A stretch of DNA of 63,823 nucleotides, filler included, from Rhabdomonas costata (GCA_019059605.1; 53 parts of 53 records of this genome joined end to end with filler, not necessarily neighbours in it); one strand, 5' to 3'. Numbered from the whole stretch's first letter, positions 20,605 to 34,881 are shown. The notes: generated by a model from the letters alone, not told the origin. Numbers and translations are program-made.

Positions 20605-23433
20605 TACACACACAAATACACACACACCTGGCTGAGTGTGTAGGTCGCGGCTGACGGGGTCCAGTAGTGCACAGGAGACGCTGCCGGAAAGGTGGCAGTG
20701 CTCTGATGGGAAGACAAAAGAATATGAATGTTTGGAACCAATCTCACACGAAACCGCCAAGAAGCGCATGGTTATTTCCCGCTGCTTTGTAAACCGCTTT
20801 TGTGCGAACTTCAAACCGTGTAAAACACTAATTGTGACAGAAGATGAAAAACATGAAAGGTCAATGGAGGCTTGAATAAAAGATGGTAATGGCTCCACCG
20901 GACACGCTCCGTTAAAGGTCACATTTCCTCGCACTGCCTCAGAAAAACAGAAGGTTGGAACCTCCAGAGCGAAGGCCCATCTCGGGGAAGGCCCACAATA
21001 CACAAGTGCACTGGCTCCGAGCTAATGCCCCATGAGCTAAGGCACCAAGGAAGCGCAAGAAGCACAAGAAGCACGAGGGGAGAGGGGGAGTGGGCGAGGC
21101 TGCACTGCACCTGCGGGTAGTAAGGGGAAACGTATGTTGCCATGGTGGAAACGTGCGCAGAGGTTGGAGTGAAGAGAAATGGAGGCCACAAAAAGAAGGC
21201 AAAAAGGAAAGAGAAAAACCCTGGTATGATGTATCAGGGGGGGGGGGGTGAAGGCTAGCCGCACCAACAGTGACAGTTGTCGAAAGGAACGCAGTTCGCT
21301 GATGACACATCCAAAAAGTTGCCCCACATCTTGAAGACAGCACCCTTGCCCCCGAGAACGACGGGCAGTGGCAGCGACATGGACTCCGGGAGGAAAGCCC
21401 AAAGCCTGTGGTCCGTGGAAATAGGCTGCCTCGTTCCACGCAGAATTTAACCTTCGAGCACTGTGGAGAGAGCTGCGGAGACCGGGTTTCCTCTCGGTTG
21501 CTTGATTTTACAGCAGTACCCAACTAACATCGTTCATTCTTAAATCCAAAGGCAGGGAAAAGAGACTTGCTTGCTTTTGCTGGACTGGCCTTACCCAGCT
21601 CCCCCTTTCCCCAACAACANNNNNNNNNNNNNNNNNNNNNNNNNNNNNNNNNNNNNNNNNNNNTTAATTAATTAANNNNNNNNNNNNNNNNNNNNNNNNN
21701 NNNNNNNNNNNNNNNNNNNTGTCACATGCCCCTTTTGCAAACCGACATCTTCATGTGGACGCTTGTGAAACCGAACACCGAACACCAAACGGCGTTTTTG
21801 GAACGGGAATCATCGCACGTCCACAGAGGAAAGTCGGACAGCGAAAGTGGCGACCCTCACCGCAGAACACAATCGCTTACCCACACCACGCGAAGAGGAG
21901 CACTGTCAAGAAAAGACGCACGGCATACAAACAGGGCCACCTCAATTTCGAATTCGCTCCTGTACAAACAGCCAACTTGGACAACACAACAACCAGTAGA
22001 GGACATTGCGGATGTTGATGATGAGGTTATTGCACTTAATAGTGCATTCCATTTAAAATTTGAGTTGCAAGATAAAAAGGACACGCTGACCCGGCAATGG
22101 CGCAAGGAAAATCACACCTGAGAAAATTCCAGCACACCCACACTGCGAACAGAGAGGTGAAAGCACTGGAATGCAAAAGTTTCCCGGCGACACGCTCCAA
22201 GACAGGGAAAGACTTCCCCGTTCTCAATTCCTCTTTTCTTGCGCTTCCCCCTGCTCCCATCATTCTTCCTTGGGTGCACCAGGTCGATGGCACACAAAAA
22301 GCAGCTTCAGGCGGTGAAGGACCCCGGGCTTCGCAGGCCGACGAGGAGGAGCGAAGAGCGAAGGCGAAACCCGACGAGTTTTTCTGCAAAAAGCAAATGT
22401 ATGGAATCTATGAATTCCAAGGTGCGCATCTTTTTGGCATCGGCTAACAGGACAATTCCATTCAAAATTGAAAAGGTACTTGGAAGATGGTTCCGGTGCT
22501 TGGAGCATGGTTACAGTGTCTGGTGCGTTCGAAGTGTCTCTGAACAGCGCACAGCCTGAACAGACACTCCTCTCTCTCGGGCAAAGCCGGATGTCTTTGC
22601 CTTCCATTGTCTGGTGGCCCTAGCTGTCGCTGATTGTTGAGGACGGTCATGGGAGTTGGTGCAATGATGTGGCGAGAGTTTCGAAGCAGGGTTGATGAAT
22701 GTGGGAGGTTTTGGTGCTGGCAGCCGCCCCTCAGGTCACTCAGGTGAGCGGAGTTCACAACCCATGGGAGGAACACCAAAATACGCTGAACAATGTGGGT
22801 CGAGCGGTTGCAAAATTTGGGTCNNNNNNNNNNNNNNNNNNNNNNNNNNNNNNNNNNNNNNNNNNNNTTAATTAATTAANNNNNNNNNNNNNNNNNNNNN
22901 NNNNNNNNNNNNNNNNNNNNNNNGGGGTGGGGTCTTTTCGGACCTTTGCAGGTCTGCATACTGAGCCGAAGCTTTCGGCCGGGCCTGCTTAGCATACCTA
23001 ACGGTAGAGCCCAGGAGTACTTCATGCTGGCACCGGAGTGGGCCTCTTCTTGCTTCTGTTTGGAGGCACGCTAGAGGCCATTTTAAGGCCATTTTGGGGT
23101 GTTTTTGCCCCCCACCCCATTTTGCCGTCACACTTGGAAGGGCTTTTTAATGGTTGCTTACTTGGGCTGAGGTTCTGATAAGAGAAAGAACTGTAAGCTG
23201 GGACACCGTCCGCCCACCTGGACGCCGGTGTGTCAGCACTGATTTATGTGTCTGTTCGCGCTGTTTCCTTGAATCTGGCAACCAAATTCAGGTGAGGAGA
23301 ACGAACAAGGAGTTCAGGTGAGGAGAGGGCACAGAAGAAAAGGAGAGGCAGACTTGGTGTGGGCGTAAGTGGGAGTAAAGGAATCCTTTGCGCAACTTTT
23401 AAGCAACAGAAAAGTTTCGCAGCGAACGCACAC

Positions 23434-23634
23434 CTCAGCGGCCTGCACCACCAGAATGTGGATGGCCTCATAGCTACACTTGTAATCAAATTCATTGTTG
23501 GTCGTCTCCCAACGGATGTCGAAGGATAAACTGCTGCCACGATCTCGATTAACTCGCCCGATCTTCCCAGCGCCACCATCTTCACTATCGAATTCCCAGT
23601 GTGGACCCCGCACCACCAAGTCGTTGAGTTTCAC
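23434..23634 (-). CDS. Mib_Herc2 domain exon
   Basis: VVRGPHWEFDSEDGGAGKIGRV...IRW...Y matches VVRGPDW.WG.QDGG.G..G.V. Bounded by cag and gt. Confidence 0.8.
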
Positions 23635-26541
23635 CTGGGAGAAAAGCCAGACACAGAGACACTTTCAACGGCGACAGGGAAAGGGCCCCCAAATCCCCCA
23701 AGCATTCAACCAATACGCAAAACAGGACAGTTTTCCTACTGAGATCCCAAAAAGGACAAGGAGAAAGACCCCCGTGACCTGCTACGCAGCGAAAAAGCAA
23801 TGTTTTTATCTCAATATTTCGATCTATCAGTCCCAAAGTGAAAACTTTATTGTACAGGGAGAAATATCCACATCTTTGAGTAACGGGGTCAATATTCACT
23901 CATCGTCACTGCGTGGTCCTGTCAGTTGAATGGAAGACAGGTTTCATCTCCGACCGCACTGCCATCCGCGCCCTTCCCATTATTCATATGTGGATGTTCA
24001 GGAGTAGCAACACTTCGAAGCGCACCTTGNNNNNNNNNNNNNNNNNNNNNNNNNNNNNNNNNNNNNNNNNNNNTTAATTAATTAANNNNNNNNNNNNNNN
24101 NNNNNNNNNNNNNNNNNNNNNNNNNNNNNGGGTGGTGGGGGAGGGATAGACATGTATGATGGAGGGTCGTTAAAGGCAACCGGAGACCCTTGAGTCGGTG
24201 GAACCCCGGGGAGCAGTTCTGACACAGGAGAAGCGAAAGCCTACTTCGTGCGGATTGCAGGTCCTGTCCTGTCAGAAGAGGTGCCCAATGGCAGCATCTT
24301 GTAAAAAAAAACCTTGTAAGGGAATGCCATCACCTCAAGCGTTTATTAAGTGTCCCTCTCTCATTACCTCGGCGCAATGGGTGTTCCGTCAGTAAAGTTT
24401 CCACGAGGCAGAACAGCAGGATGCTGACAACAGATATGCATTACAGGACATGGAATAAGTGCGGCAATGGTTTCGGAAACTTACATGGACACACTTGGGC
24501 GATAGTCTGAGGATGTGGGAGCAGAAAGTTAACGCATGCACGTGCACACAGCCCCATGCGCACGGCTCTTCAGCTTCCCTTCGACATCTCCGGAGGCCCA
24601 TCCGCCTCAGAGTGGCTCAGAGCATGGTCCGTGACCAGAGAGCACAAGCTATCTCCGGCCCCGGGCACCGCAGGAGAGGAGAGCCTCCGCAAGCCGTCGT
24701 TCACCTCCCCAGGAGAAGCGGGCAGAAGGCTGAGTGTGCTATCCGAGGCAGAAGACGAGGACGAGGACGACGATGAAGTCGTCAACGGACTCATCGGGTT
24801 CAGCTCCTCCTGGCTGAAAGCGGACCGGCTGAGGGCGGAAGCGCAAGCAGAGAGAAGGGATGAAAGGGGAGGGGGGGGGTTGAACTGACGCCGAAAACCC
24901 GAATGGAGACATGATGATACAGAACAAGCACTCGGGGCCCCGGAACCCCCCGTCAAAGCGTGCAACGCATACGACAAAAAAGAAGTGGTTGAAAAACCGC
25001 TAAAAGCATTGAAATGCTATAGCATAAGTTCCGTGAACACGTTCAGGATGAAATCCAGCAAATCGTCAGGCACCTATGTAACTTGGGTGACAGAACGTGT
25101 CGAAAAAGCTGCCCATGCTACCACTTCCGAGTATAAGTGCCGCCCAAGCATCAGTGCACCGATGCACCCCAAAAAATTAACCTCTGTCTCAACTACTGAA
25201 AACCTAACCGCTAACTCAACGCGTACAAAAAACCCNNNNNNNNNNNNNNNNNNNNNNNNNNNNNNNNNNNNNNNNNNNNTTAATTAATTAANNNNNNNNN
25301 NNNNNNNNNNNNNNNNNNNNNNNNNNNNNNNNNNNGTGGTGGGTGTGTTTGGGGGTTTTTTGGTTGGCTGTGTGTGGTGCCCTTGCAGGGTTTCGGTGTC
25401 ACCGTGTGTTGTTGGCACTTAAATTGATTTCCCACAGCACGTTCGGTGCATATTGTGCCCCTTGTAAGAATACCACAAACCTATACACTCATTCGCATAC
25501 CCGGACGGGGACGCAGGCGCACACTCGTACAAACAGAGAGGGAGCAGAACCCAACTGTTACCGTTGTAAATGGCTTCAGGAGAGGGACCCGAGCTTGGGG
25601 ATAAGGATGCTGCGCACGATGCTCCTCCGGAGGGCTCAGGACCCTCCGAGGTAGAGGTGGGAATGGAGGACCCTGTGGTGGAGCGGGCGCGGCGCCTGAT
25701 CCGGCAGCGCTGCCTCCTGGGTGGGGGAGCCCCAAGGGTCCGCTCGGCCTCGGGGAGGGGGTTCTCGCGAGAACCAGCCGTGGTGGGCAATCTCTTTGAG
25801 GCCGCCGTGTACCGGGAGCTCGTGGAGCAGCTTCCAAAGAGCCTGTTCTACACCTCCCGGGATTTGAAGCAGGTCCGAGTTTTCTGCTCAACTTTTCATC
25901 TCCCAGTTGCTAATTTGGGCGTTGCAATCCCCCCGTTGCGAAATATGGAGTTAGCTGTGCATCGCGAACGTTGACGGGGTGACAACCCTTACCCCGTGCT
26001 CTTCCCAAGAGATGAGTTTTTGAGAGTCGGAGTGGAGGATGAGTGCGATGGCGCTTTCATTGATTAGTCCGATTTTTCCGATTTTTTTGTCTTCTGGGTT
26101 TATTTGGGAACACCTCCCACCACCACCACCACTTTGGGAGGCCCGCCAGGGATCATGCACCCACGGCTTTTGCGCAGGTATTGCATTCTTTGGTCTGAAC
26201 GATCTGAACGATGGAGATGGAATATTCTGGGGGCTGCGGGTGTTTGACAATTCATGGGTGGAGCATTAGTTTAGGAGGGAGGACCGGTTCCCTCAAACAA
26301 AAGAAAGCGCAAGACCAGCACAAGCGTGGCTGACCACTGGCCGGCCCCTCAGCGTTTCGAGTGTCCTGCCGTATATACAAAATACCCCAGACCTTTTCGG
26401 TTGAGCCCTCTGTTGGTCACGCCCACACGGTCGCACCAGTGNNNNNNNNNNNNNNNNNNNNNNNNNNNNNNNNNNNNNNNNNNNNTTAATTAATTAANNN
26501 NNNNNNNNNNNNNNNNNNNNNNNNNNNNNNNNNNNNNNNNN

Positions 26542-27344
26542 AGGCCTCGTCCTTGGGCAGCACAATCCCCGCTACGAAGCCCCCAAACATGGCGTGGATG
26601 CCGATGATCTCCGTGAACATCGCGGAGCCCAGGGCAAGAAGTAGCACCCCCAGAACCGCGGTGGCCGCGATGGGCTCTTGGCTGCAACCAATGACCCCCC
26701 TTCTCAATCGAACGAGCGTGGGGTTCCCCACAGTGCTGCCATCAACGGGGACATTACAATGCCTATTGGGAGAACTCACTGGATCGTAAAAAACCGTGTC
26801 GCGGTCAATAACGCGGCATCACCACAACCGCTCCAAAGATGCGTTCTGCCTCACACCACTGACAAAAGACTCCACAAAAGTGCCAGAAATGCAACAAGAC
26901 GAAAACAGTCGCAGTTCCGTAAACACGCACAAAGGTAGATGGGCTTTTATTTACGGGGGGGGGTTCCCATCGTATTACACGGGTGCTCGGCAGTCTCTTC
27001 TGTGCCAACCTGGAATGCGGTTCAAACTCGTGCTTTTCACACTGAAGATATGCAAAATAATGCCAAACGCACACCCAACCACACCCACACCCACATCGAC
27101 ACCACACCCTAACCCACCTTCCAGACTTCATGATGGCCCAGCGGACAAGCGGCCGCACAACCACCAACATGGTCAGCACAAACGCCGCGGCCAGGAGGAC
27201 AGTGTACAGCGCGACCATGGGGTTGCCCCCGGAGTTGATCAGCGCAATGGTCAGCGCCAGCAGCACCCAAGCCGTGACGTCGTCCACCGCCGCTGCGGAC
27301 ATCGTGATCTGCACCACAGGGGTGTGCAGCAGCTTCCGCTCCGT
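26542..27344 (-). CDS. CPA2 cation/H+ antiporter (KHA1/CHX type), two exons (27118-27344, 26542-26681), partial
   Basis: ERKLLHTPVVQITMSAAAVDDVTAWVLLAL and FTEIIGIHAMFGGFVAGIVLP are CHX/KHA1 signature segments. The GT-AG intron keeps the frame. Confidence 0.92.
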
Positions 27345-30220
27345 CTAAGAGAGAAGAAACTAACCCGCAATAATACCACAAGTGTTTTTTTCGGACGCAA
27401 CACCACCACTACTTTTTCCCAAAAAGTCCTGCGGAAGGGCGAACTCCAATCGAAGGAGCTTCACATCAATTTGCCACGAGAGAAGAAAAAGTACCATGTA
27501 AAGCCAGACATACAGAGGGCTCATGAATGGTGGAGGGGTGCGGGGAGCACGACGCTACGGCAGAGTGAGTGATATCGCTGTGGACACATTATTTGGACAA
27601 CAGCGGAGTGCGCGCATGCGGGGCCAATTTTTTGAGTTTTTTTTAGGNNNNNNNNNNNNNNNNNNNNNNNNNNNNNNNNNNNNNNNNNNNNTTAATTAAT
27701 TAANNNNNNNNNNNNNNNNNNNNNNNNNNNNNNNNNNNNNNNNNNNNGGTTGGTTTGTTTTGCACATCAAAGGGCTGGCTCGTGTGTGGTACACGCATTT
27801 TTCGGGTGCTTGGCTGGCACCGGTGTGCTGTATGCACTCGCCGCTGCCGCTACTGCTACATACTTGCTTTGGCTGCCACTGCACAAAGGTTGCTCTGGTC
27901 ACTCAAGCGAAGCAGCAGTCTGGCCTCCTGCAGGCCAATCCGCACCGGTGGTGAAAAACTGGAAATGGGACAGGCAGTTCCCGTTGTCCCTTTTTGTTCC
28001 AATGTAAGCGCAGTTGCGTGAACGAATGCAACTTTCATATCATTGTGCATGTGCCAGGGTTTGTGCGTTTGCGTTTGCGTGCGTGCGTGCAGGTGCTCGG
28101 GAAAGGCTCACTTCACTTTCTGTTCCATCAACGCCTCGGCGGAGTCTTTGGAGCCACCGGCGGAGGAGCGGAGCGGAATGGGCGGTGAGCTCAGCATGAC
28201 CAGCCGCCGTGCCTGCTCCGGAGTGAGGTCGCCGTGGCGGCGCAGCATCGCCACCTCGGCTTCTACGCTGGAGAACTCCGAGAGGTCAGTGGTGGTCCGC
28301 CGGAAGGCCGCGTCCCACAGCATTTTCAGAAACTGCGACCCCCCTCCCCCGATAATTGCACCCAAAAGTGAAGTGTGACCGTTTGGCCGCTGTTTATAGA
28401 ATATGGACAAAAGCTAATGTGTATTTCGTATTTCACCCATCGAACAACCCAGGCTCAGCCACACCCTTCGGCCAACGCGCTGCGGGCGTGGCTGAGCCCC
28501 TGCGCCCTGGGCCCCTTAATCAAGTGAGTTCCAGTCGTACAAAGTCTAATAACACTGGACGTCGTGAAACGCTTTACAGCGTGAAAAGTTACAAGAGCAA
28601 AACGGTTACCGCCCCCCCCCCAAATGCAATTGTTTAAAGCACGAATCCCAAATCAGAACAAAATACAACAAAAGAGACTGCAGAGGGGTCGGCACTCAAC
28701 AACGTCACCAGCATCAGACGGGGATTCAGGTCTCGCGGCACCCATCTACTAACACACAGTGAGATCTTTGAGTGCTCACTCACCTCATTGCAGCACCGAA
28801 CACCTTGGGTCACGGCGCCGTTTGCTCACCACCACCCCCCAAACACACCCACANNNNNNNNNNNNNNNNNNNNNNNNNNNNNNNNNNNNNNNNNNNNTTA
28901 ATTAATTAANNNNNNNNNNNNNNNNNNNNNNNNNNNNNNNNNNNNNNNNNNNNGGGGTGGGGGGTGCTCCCCGGCTTCGGCGATGCGGCCTGCGAGCTCG
29001 CTGTAGGCGGACTGCAGGATCGACCCGTCAACCTCCGGGGTGAGGAGCTGGTGATTCAGGTGCAGGACTTTGGCGTACAGCTGGTCCTGGTCGGAGAGGA
29101 ACGGGTGGCCCAGCAGGAGCTCCAGAGAAGTTGAAGAATGGGTGTCGGGGAGAGTGGGCGGAGGCTGCGGGGCAAGGCTGAGACTGCGAATTCGGCCTCG
29201 AGGTCGGTTTTGGACGATGCAACCTGGGACTGTATTGCCAGGTGGTTTTGCTCCAGGCTTTGCTGGGAGGCCTGGAACGCCGACAGCAGTTGTTGGAGCA
29301 AGGCGGTGGGTTCGGTCATAGTAAAGAGTGAACACGTGCCACACAAACAAAAAAGTGAATCTAGAATGAGGTGGGTGGAAAACAGCAGTTTATGATTGTA
29401 GAGAATGCCAGCAAGAGCGCGAAGTCGTATTTAAAAATAACGGGCATGATGAGATTCCCGAGGTGGGGAAGGGGCGAATATAAATGGCGAATAGAAGGAA
29501 GGGGTGCTGTCTGCAAACAACAAAGGAAGGAACTGAGGGTGGAGATGCAGCAGGCAGGAATATGAAAGCCGTGGCGGCATTTGTGGCAGTCTAATATCAT
29601 ATCCCTCCCCCAACGTTTTCACCCCCACATCACCTCGATTGCACCAATTTGTGCTCTCCCACTGCAAGAATACCAGAGCTACTTTTCCCGATATTGGCAA
29701 AAACTTGCCTTACCAAAGGGCTTACCAGGATATCATAATTCTCCCCCTGAAAAAAAAGAAAAAACAAGGGGTTAGCCCCCACTAACCTATTACTTTTGAT
29801 GACTATGAACCGCACATGAATGCCATGTCAATGCTGTCGCATACGCGAGCCTGTATTGTTCTTGTTTTCAACTGGTCATGGAGGACTTTTCCTGCCTTCT
29901 CGCAGGGTTACCTTTCTCAGTCATCAGCGGCCCACTGCTGTTCTTCACTTTATTTCGCGTCTTCTCTTGCACCGAGGCCAACTGAGAGTGCTTTTTCGTA
30001 CTCATGCACACAGAGGAATGAGAAAGCCGTCCTTCCGGCCACTTTCCCGCCTTCTTCATNNNNNNNNNNNNNNNNNNNNNNNNNNNNNNNNNNNNNNNNN
30101 NNNTTAATTAATTAANNNNNNNNNNNNNNNNNNNNNNNNNNNNNNNNNNNNNNNNNNNNTTTGTGGCACTGGCTGCTGCTGCTGTTGCTGCGTCCTCGCA
30201 AGGCTCTTCCTCTGCCTTAG

Positions 30221-30504
30221 TGGTGGAAGCCGCCGTGGTTCGCGTGGTAAAGGCCGCGGCGCGACGTGGGGTGCGGGTGGCGGAGCTGAGCAGGGCCGTC
30301 CGGGCTGCCGTGGCGCGTTGGTGCTGCCCCTCAGACGAGGAGGTGGTGGCCCGGGTCACCGCCCTGGCGCAGAGGCACGTGCTGGAGGTCCACCCTGGGA
30401 GCGGAGATGGCCTCTCCAGCCGGGGCGAACAGGACAGGGGAGAGGTGGCGGGCAGGCCCGCAAGGGGCGATATCGCAGACTCCTTGGTTGTGTACATTCC
30501 TTGA
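30221..30504 (+). CDS. Divergent cullin-type C-terminal winged-helix (neddylation-like) domain, last exon
   Basis: VEAAVVRVVKA...ELSRAV...PSDEEVVARVTALAQRHVLE...VYIP* resembles IEAAIVRIMK...L..EV...P...IK.RIE.LI.REYLE...Y.A*. Confidence 0.6.
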
Positions 30505-33500
30505 TCGCGGTGTCAGTTGTGGAGGTTGCATGAGTACCTTATGTTCATCAGAATTGTGCTGTGGATAAAATTGCTGAGTTTGGGACGGCTTGTGGTGTTG
30601 GATCGCTTAATGTTCCAATTGCTCTTTGGGTGTGCCCATTGGTGCCGCCAAATAAACTCTAGCGTAGTCACCTCCCGTACTCTTGAGTTTTAACTTTTAA
30701 TATAGACCGCGCACAATTGTTCAGCCCCAGCGCCGTTACTGTTGGGCGGTTGTGGTGAATTGGGGTCTGAATTCCATGTTATGCTCTGTGGTGCAGCTTC
30801 CTTCTTAGGTATTTCTGCCTTTTCTCTTGCAATGCGGAGGGCTCTATGGGTGGTCATCGTGGCTTTGCTTGTTCTTGGGGCCCGTACAGCCCTCCATAAA
30901 GCACCTCGCCGGCCATTGGGGCTAGTGTACCTTCCCTCCACTGTGCCTTACCCTCCAGTCAAGCTGGTGTGGCTCCCTTCCTCCCTGACGCCACCCCCTC
31001 CCCGTACGCAGCGTTTCGGTAGCTGCGCATAGCGGAAGCAGGCCTGACCTGGCCTTGTCTTTAATAAATACACCAGACCTCCCGAAACACCGGTCCTTGG
31101 GGATTCGAACAAAAACACATACCTTTCTTGTATTTTACATGGGCGCCTCTGCGTGTAAGTAGATGTGCGTGTGTTTGCTGTCGGCGTCGTTTCATCTGCT
31201 CACGTCTTCACGCCTTCAAATGTGCTTCCCACCCGTCAGGGTCCCGGTTAAGTGCGATTTTTTCTNNNNNNNNNNNNNNNNNNNNNNNNNNNNNNNNNNN
31301 NNNNNNNNNTTAATTAATTAANNNNNNNNNNNNNNNNNNNNNNNNNNNNNNNNNNNNNNNNNNNNCCAATGGGAGCGGGCTGAGTGGGATCAGGAGGGAT
31401 GCATGGGCGGGTCTCAAGGCGAAGCGCCAGCATAAAGCCGCCGAGCAAGAAGGTCTTCACGACGGGCGTGTTCCTCGGCAGGTAGCGCAGTGGGACGACC
31501 TTTGGGTGGCAGAGATTCGGTGCTCGAGAAACCTGCTCGCAGCCAGCACGGCAAGGCCCACATCGTAGCGTCGGGGTGAGAGCGCGTTAAAGCTGCACAG
31601 AGGAACTTCTTTAATCGGGATGAAAAATACAGTCTCTCACTGTTAGGTCACTATCGGGCCCAGTAACGGTACTCTAGTGGGGAGCCATGGCAAGATGAAG
31701 GAATCTATCACGATGTAATTGTAATTGCACGAAGATTTTTTAAAATAAAATTCACATGCAAGGTTTGGAGACCAGATTGAAGAGGGGGACTGATCAAGGA
31801 TGCACAATTCAAAAGGACAAAAAAAGGAACGTCGTTCACCACAATACCGCCATCGAGGCCACCCCGCTTGTTGGCTTTGCTTCTACCGTGACCACCAAGT
31901 GCTGAACATTGAGGTCACTGCAGCGGAAAACCCACCCCAAAGCTCTTCGGACCACGGCTTGATCTGTGTCCTTTTTCGCGACCAGCTGTGTTGGGCTGAG
32001 GGCCAGCACCTCCTGGCGAGCCTCACCACCTCCTACTATGACCCGGAGGGTCATGGAGAGATTCTCGTCGGGAACCGAGGATGGGTGAGCTGGGGAATGG
32101 GCGGTCCGAAGTTCTATTTTGGAGATTCCCACCAGGCCACGCAGGGCCTCGGGAGGGTGGCGGACCCTCGGGAGGGTTCCTCGGCTTGGAAGTGGGCCAT
32201 CACTGGCGGAAACAGTGTCCAAGTCTAAAACACCCCCCCCCCCAGAAGAATGAAGGAAACCAGTTTCCCTGGGCCAGGGGGTTCCATATTGGTCCTGAAG
32301 CATCGCTGTGCCACGATTTCTGCATGGGAGAGAGGGAGGGGACAGGAGATTACATAGTACGTGAGGTTTGGGAAATCCAAAACCAAAATCTTTTTGGCAG
32401 TGTGAACACTGAAACGTCAAGGTTATATAGCACCTTCTCGTCTGTTCCCTGGCAAAGTTCCCACAAAACCCNNNNNNNNNNNNNNNNNNNNNNNNNNNNN
32501 NNNNNNNNNNNNNNNTTAATTAATTAANNNNNNNNNNNNNNNNNNNNNNNNNNNNNNNNNNNNNNNNNNNNACAGACCAGACCGAAAATATTAGATGAAC
32601 GGGTCGATGGCCAGCAAGATTGCGGAACTGCTGTGGTTGGTGTCTTTGCCATTTGATTCGGGTGATTCTTCGCCATCCCAGAAGCCCCCCCCTCAAAAAA
32701 AATGGCAGCTACTCGCGACCATCGTCGATGAAAGGGTGTGGTGCAAGAACCACACACACACGTCCATCAGGGGAAAACAAATCAGAGAGAGAGAGAGAAA
32801 CGAGAAATCTCGCAGTCTCTCACGCTACTCGGGCATTTCGGTGGACACGGAAGCGCCAGTAGAATGGCCGAGAACAACCCTCCAGGGTCTTAAACGCCCC
32901 CTCCCCCCGCTAACACAAGGCATTCACAACCCACCATCATCACACACCCGTGTGTTGTTGCGAGTGTTCTATGCCTTTCCTTGCTCTGGTATACGATTAC
33001 AAGCTAAGGAGAAGAATGGAAGTTGATTCAGAGATTGTCAGTACTCTCTCTCTCTCTCTCTCTTGCACCCAGTGTCAGGCGAAGAATCGGGAGAAGCTTG
33101 AAAAAAGGAGGGTGACCACGAAAACACACACACACACACCTGTAATTCGACCATGCCACCCTTCCGAAGACGTGCTAGAGTTCCGTGAGAGACATCTTGG
33201 CTGGAAGACCGGCTGGACCCAGAAAGAACAGATGGCGAGAGCACCCGTGCACCGAGCACTGTGCAATGCTGTTGCGATGAATGGGGGAATGCTGCGCCCT
33301 AAGGAAAAACCCCAATAGCCCAGAGAACAGATCCAGTGGGCACAGGAAAGGGGAAAAAGGAGAAGGCAGTGGCAACAGAAGAACAAAGAAAGGAAGGGAA
33401 GAGAGAGGCAGGGGGGGTGACCGCCGATTCACCAACTCACCTCGATATCACAGGAGGAGCTAGAACACCTCCCACATTCACGGGCACTCCTCACGATCAC

Positions 33501-34668
33501 CCCCTCCCCTCCCCGCGACAACAAGTGTGAACTGTCCAAATGCTGCACACAATCATTCTGCACCCTCACCGCGGCAACGGAGTGAGGGGTCATTTTTTTT
33601 TCAAAAATGGATTCACCACACAAAAATTCCCAAATAAAAACTGGAAAAAAAAAGGGGGGGGAACAGATGCGAGAANNNNNNNNNNNNNNNNNNNNNNNNN
33701 NNNNNNNNNNNNNNNNNNNTTAATTAATTAANNNNNNNNNNNNNNNNNNNNNNNNNNNNNNNNNNNNNNNNNNNNGGGGGGTGGTTGGTGCAAGAAGACC
33801 CACTCAATGACAAAACACGGTATACACCAGGAACTAAAACTGTCTTCTGGATAAAAATTTGCGTAAGCAGCAAGTCCGCATTCTCGGTACAGCGAATTGT
33901 TCTGGGAATCGCATGCAAAAATGATGTCGCCATGGACAATTTTATTTTTTCCACCCAGGAAATGGTCAATACCCGTCACTTGCCAAGGTTTCCAACTGCC
34001 GTGGCTTCAACTGCCATGGGAAGGAACTCCAAAACATAAAAGCGACAGAACATAAAACCGACAAAACATAAAATGCCTCATTTTCCCTTTTACTGCGCTT
34101 CAACGCTGACATTCATCCTGTCTGCACACGGTTCTTGGGGTCAACAAAGCATTTCCAAAAGGGACCTGGAAACCCAACTTTGTATATGATGGGTGATCGG
34201 TGATTACATCAGGGAGAAGTACTTTTTTCTCCCAAAACCTGCCAAGTCAAAAACTGTTCGCGTTTTGTCACAAACCCATCCATCCAAAAGTGGGTGAAAT
34301 TCCGGTGTCCACAGTGATATACCTGAGGAAAGGCAGTCACCACCAACCACCTAGCAGCAGCCGTTCCCCAAAACAATAACTTCATGAATAAAAAGCCACA
34401 CCACCACCCTCCAGCGTGGTATTGCCCTTCACCGCCCTACATTAAAGTTTCGGACAGACTTTGGACAGAGCGAAAAAGCAGTCTAAAAATTTCGCTGCCT
34501 AGTAAATCAAAGGGGCCTTTTTCCATGCATGTTTTGGGTTTACGCTGAGTATCACATTTGAACTGACGCGGAGCATATTACATATTATCTGCACTCAGCC
34601 ACGACGGAAAACAGCGCAGAAACGTGCACATACAAACGTACATTAAACAAACAACTACACATGATTAC

Positions 34669-34881
34669 CGTGTAAATCAGCTGCATGATCGTGGCATCCA
34701 GGCTGTCCGGCGCGTAAATGATGTCGCTGGTCAGACGAGCCACGTGGTGATGTGGCGACACACAGCTCCCCGTCAAGCCTGTGGAGCCGCTGGTGTAGGA
34801 GTAGTCCGCCGTCAGCACAGCCCCAGGCCCAGGCTCTCCCACATTGGCCACATTGTAGTGGTAGTCGTGCGCAAACCACAC
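34669..34881 (-). CDS. Papain-family (C1A) cysteine peptidase exon, partial
   Basis: WFAHDYH...GAVLTADYSYTSG.TG.TGSC...IMQLIY fits the region after GC.GG (G...E.DYPY...G.C...I...I). It ends at a gtaatc donor. Confidence 0.65.

Noticed and set aside
28954-29346. Frameshifted coiled-coil ORF pair, possibly a Gag-like pseudogene
   Set aside because: No diagnostic motif; it could equally be an ordinary gene with a small intron or a sequencing error.
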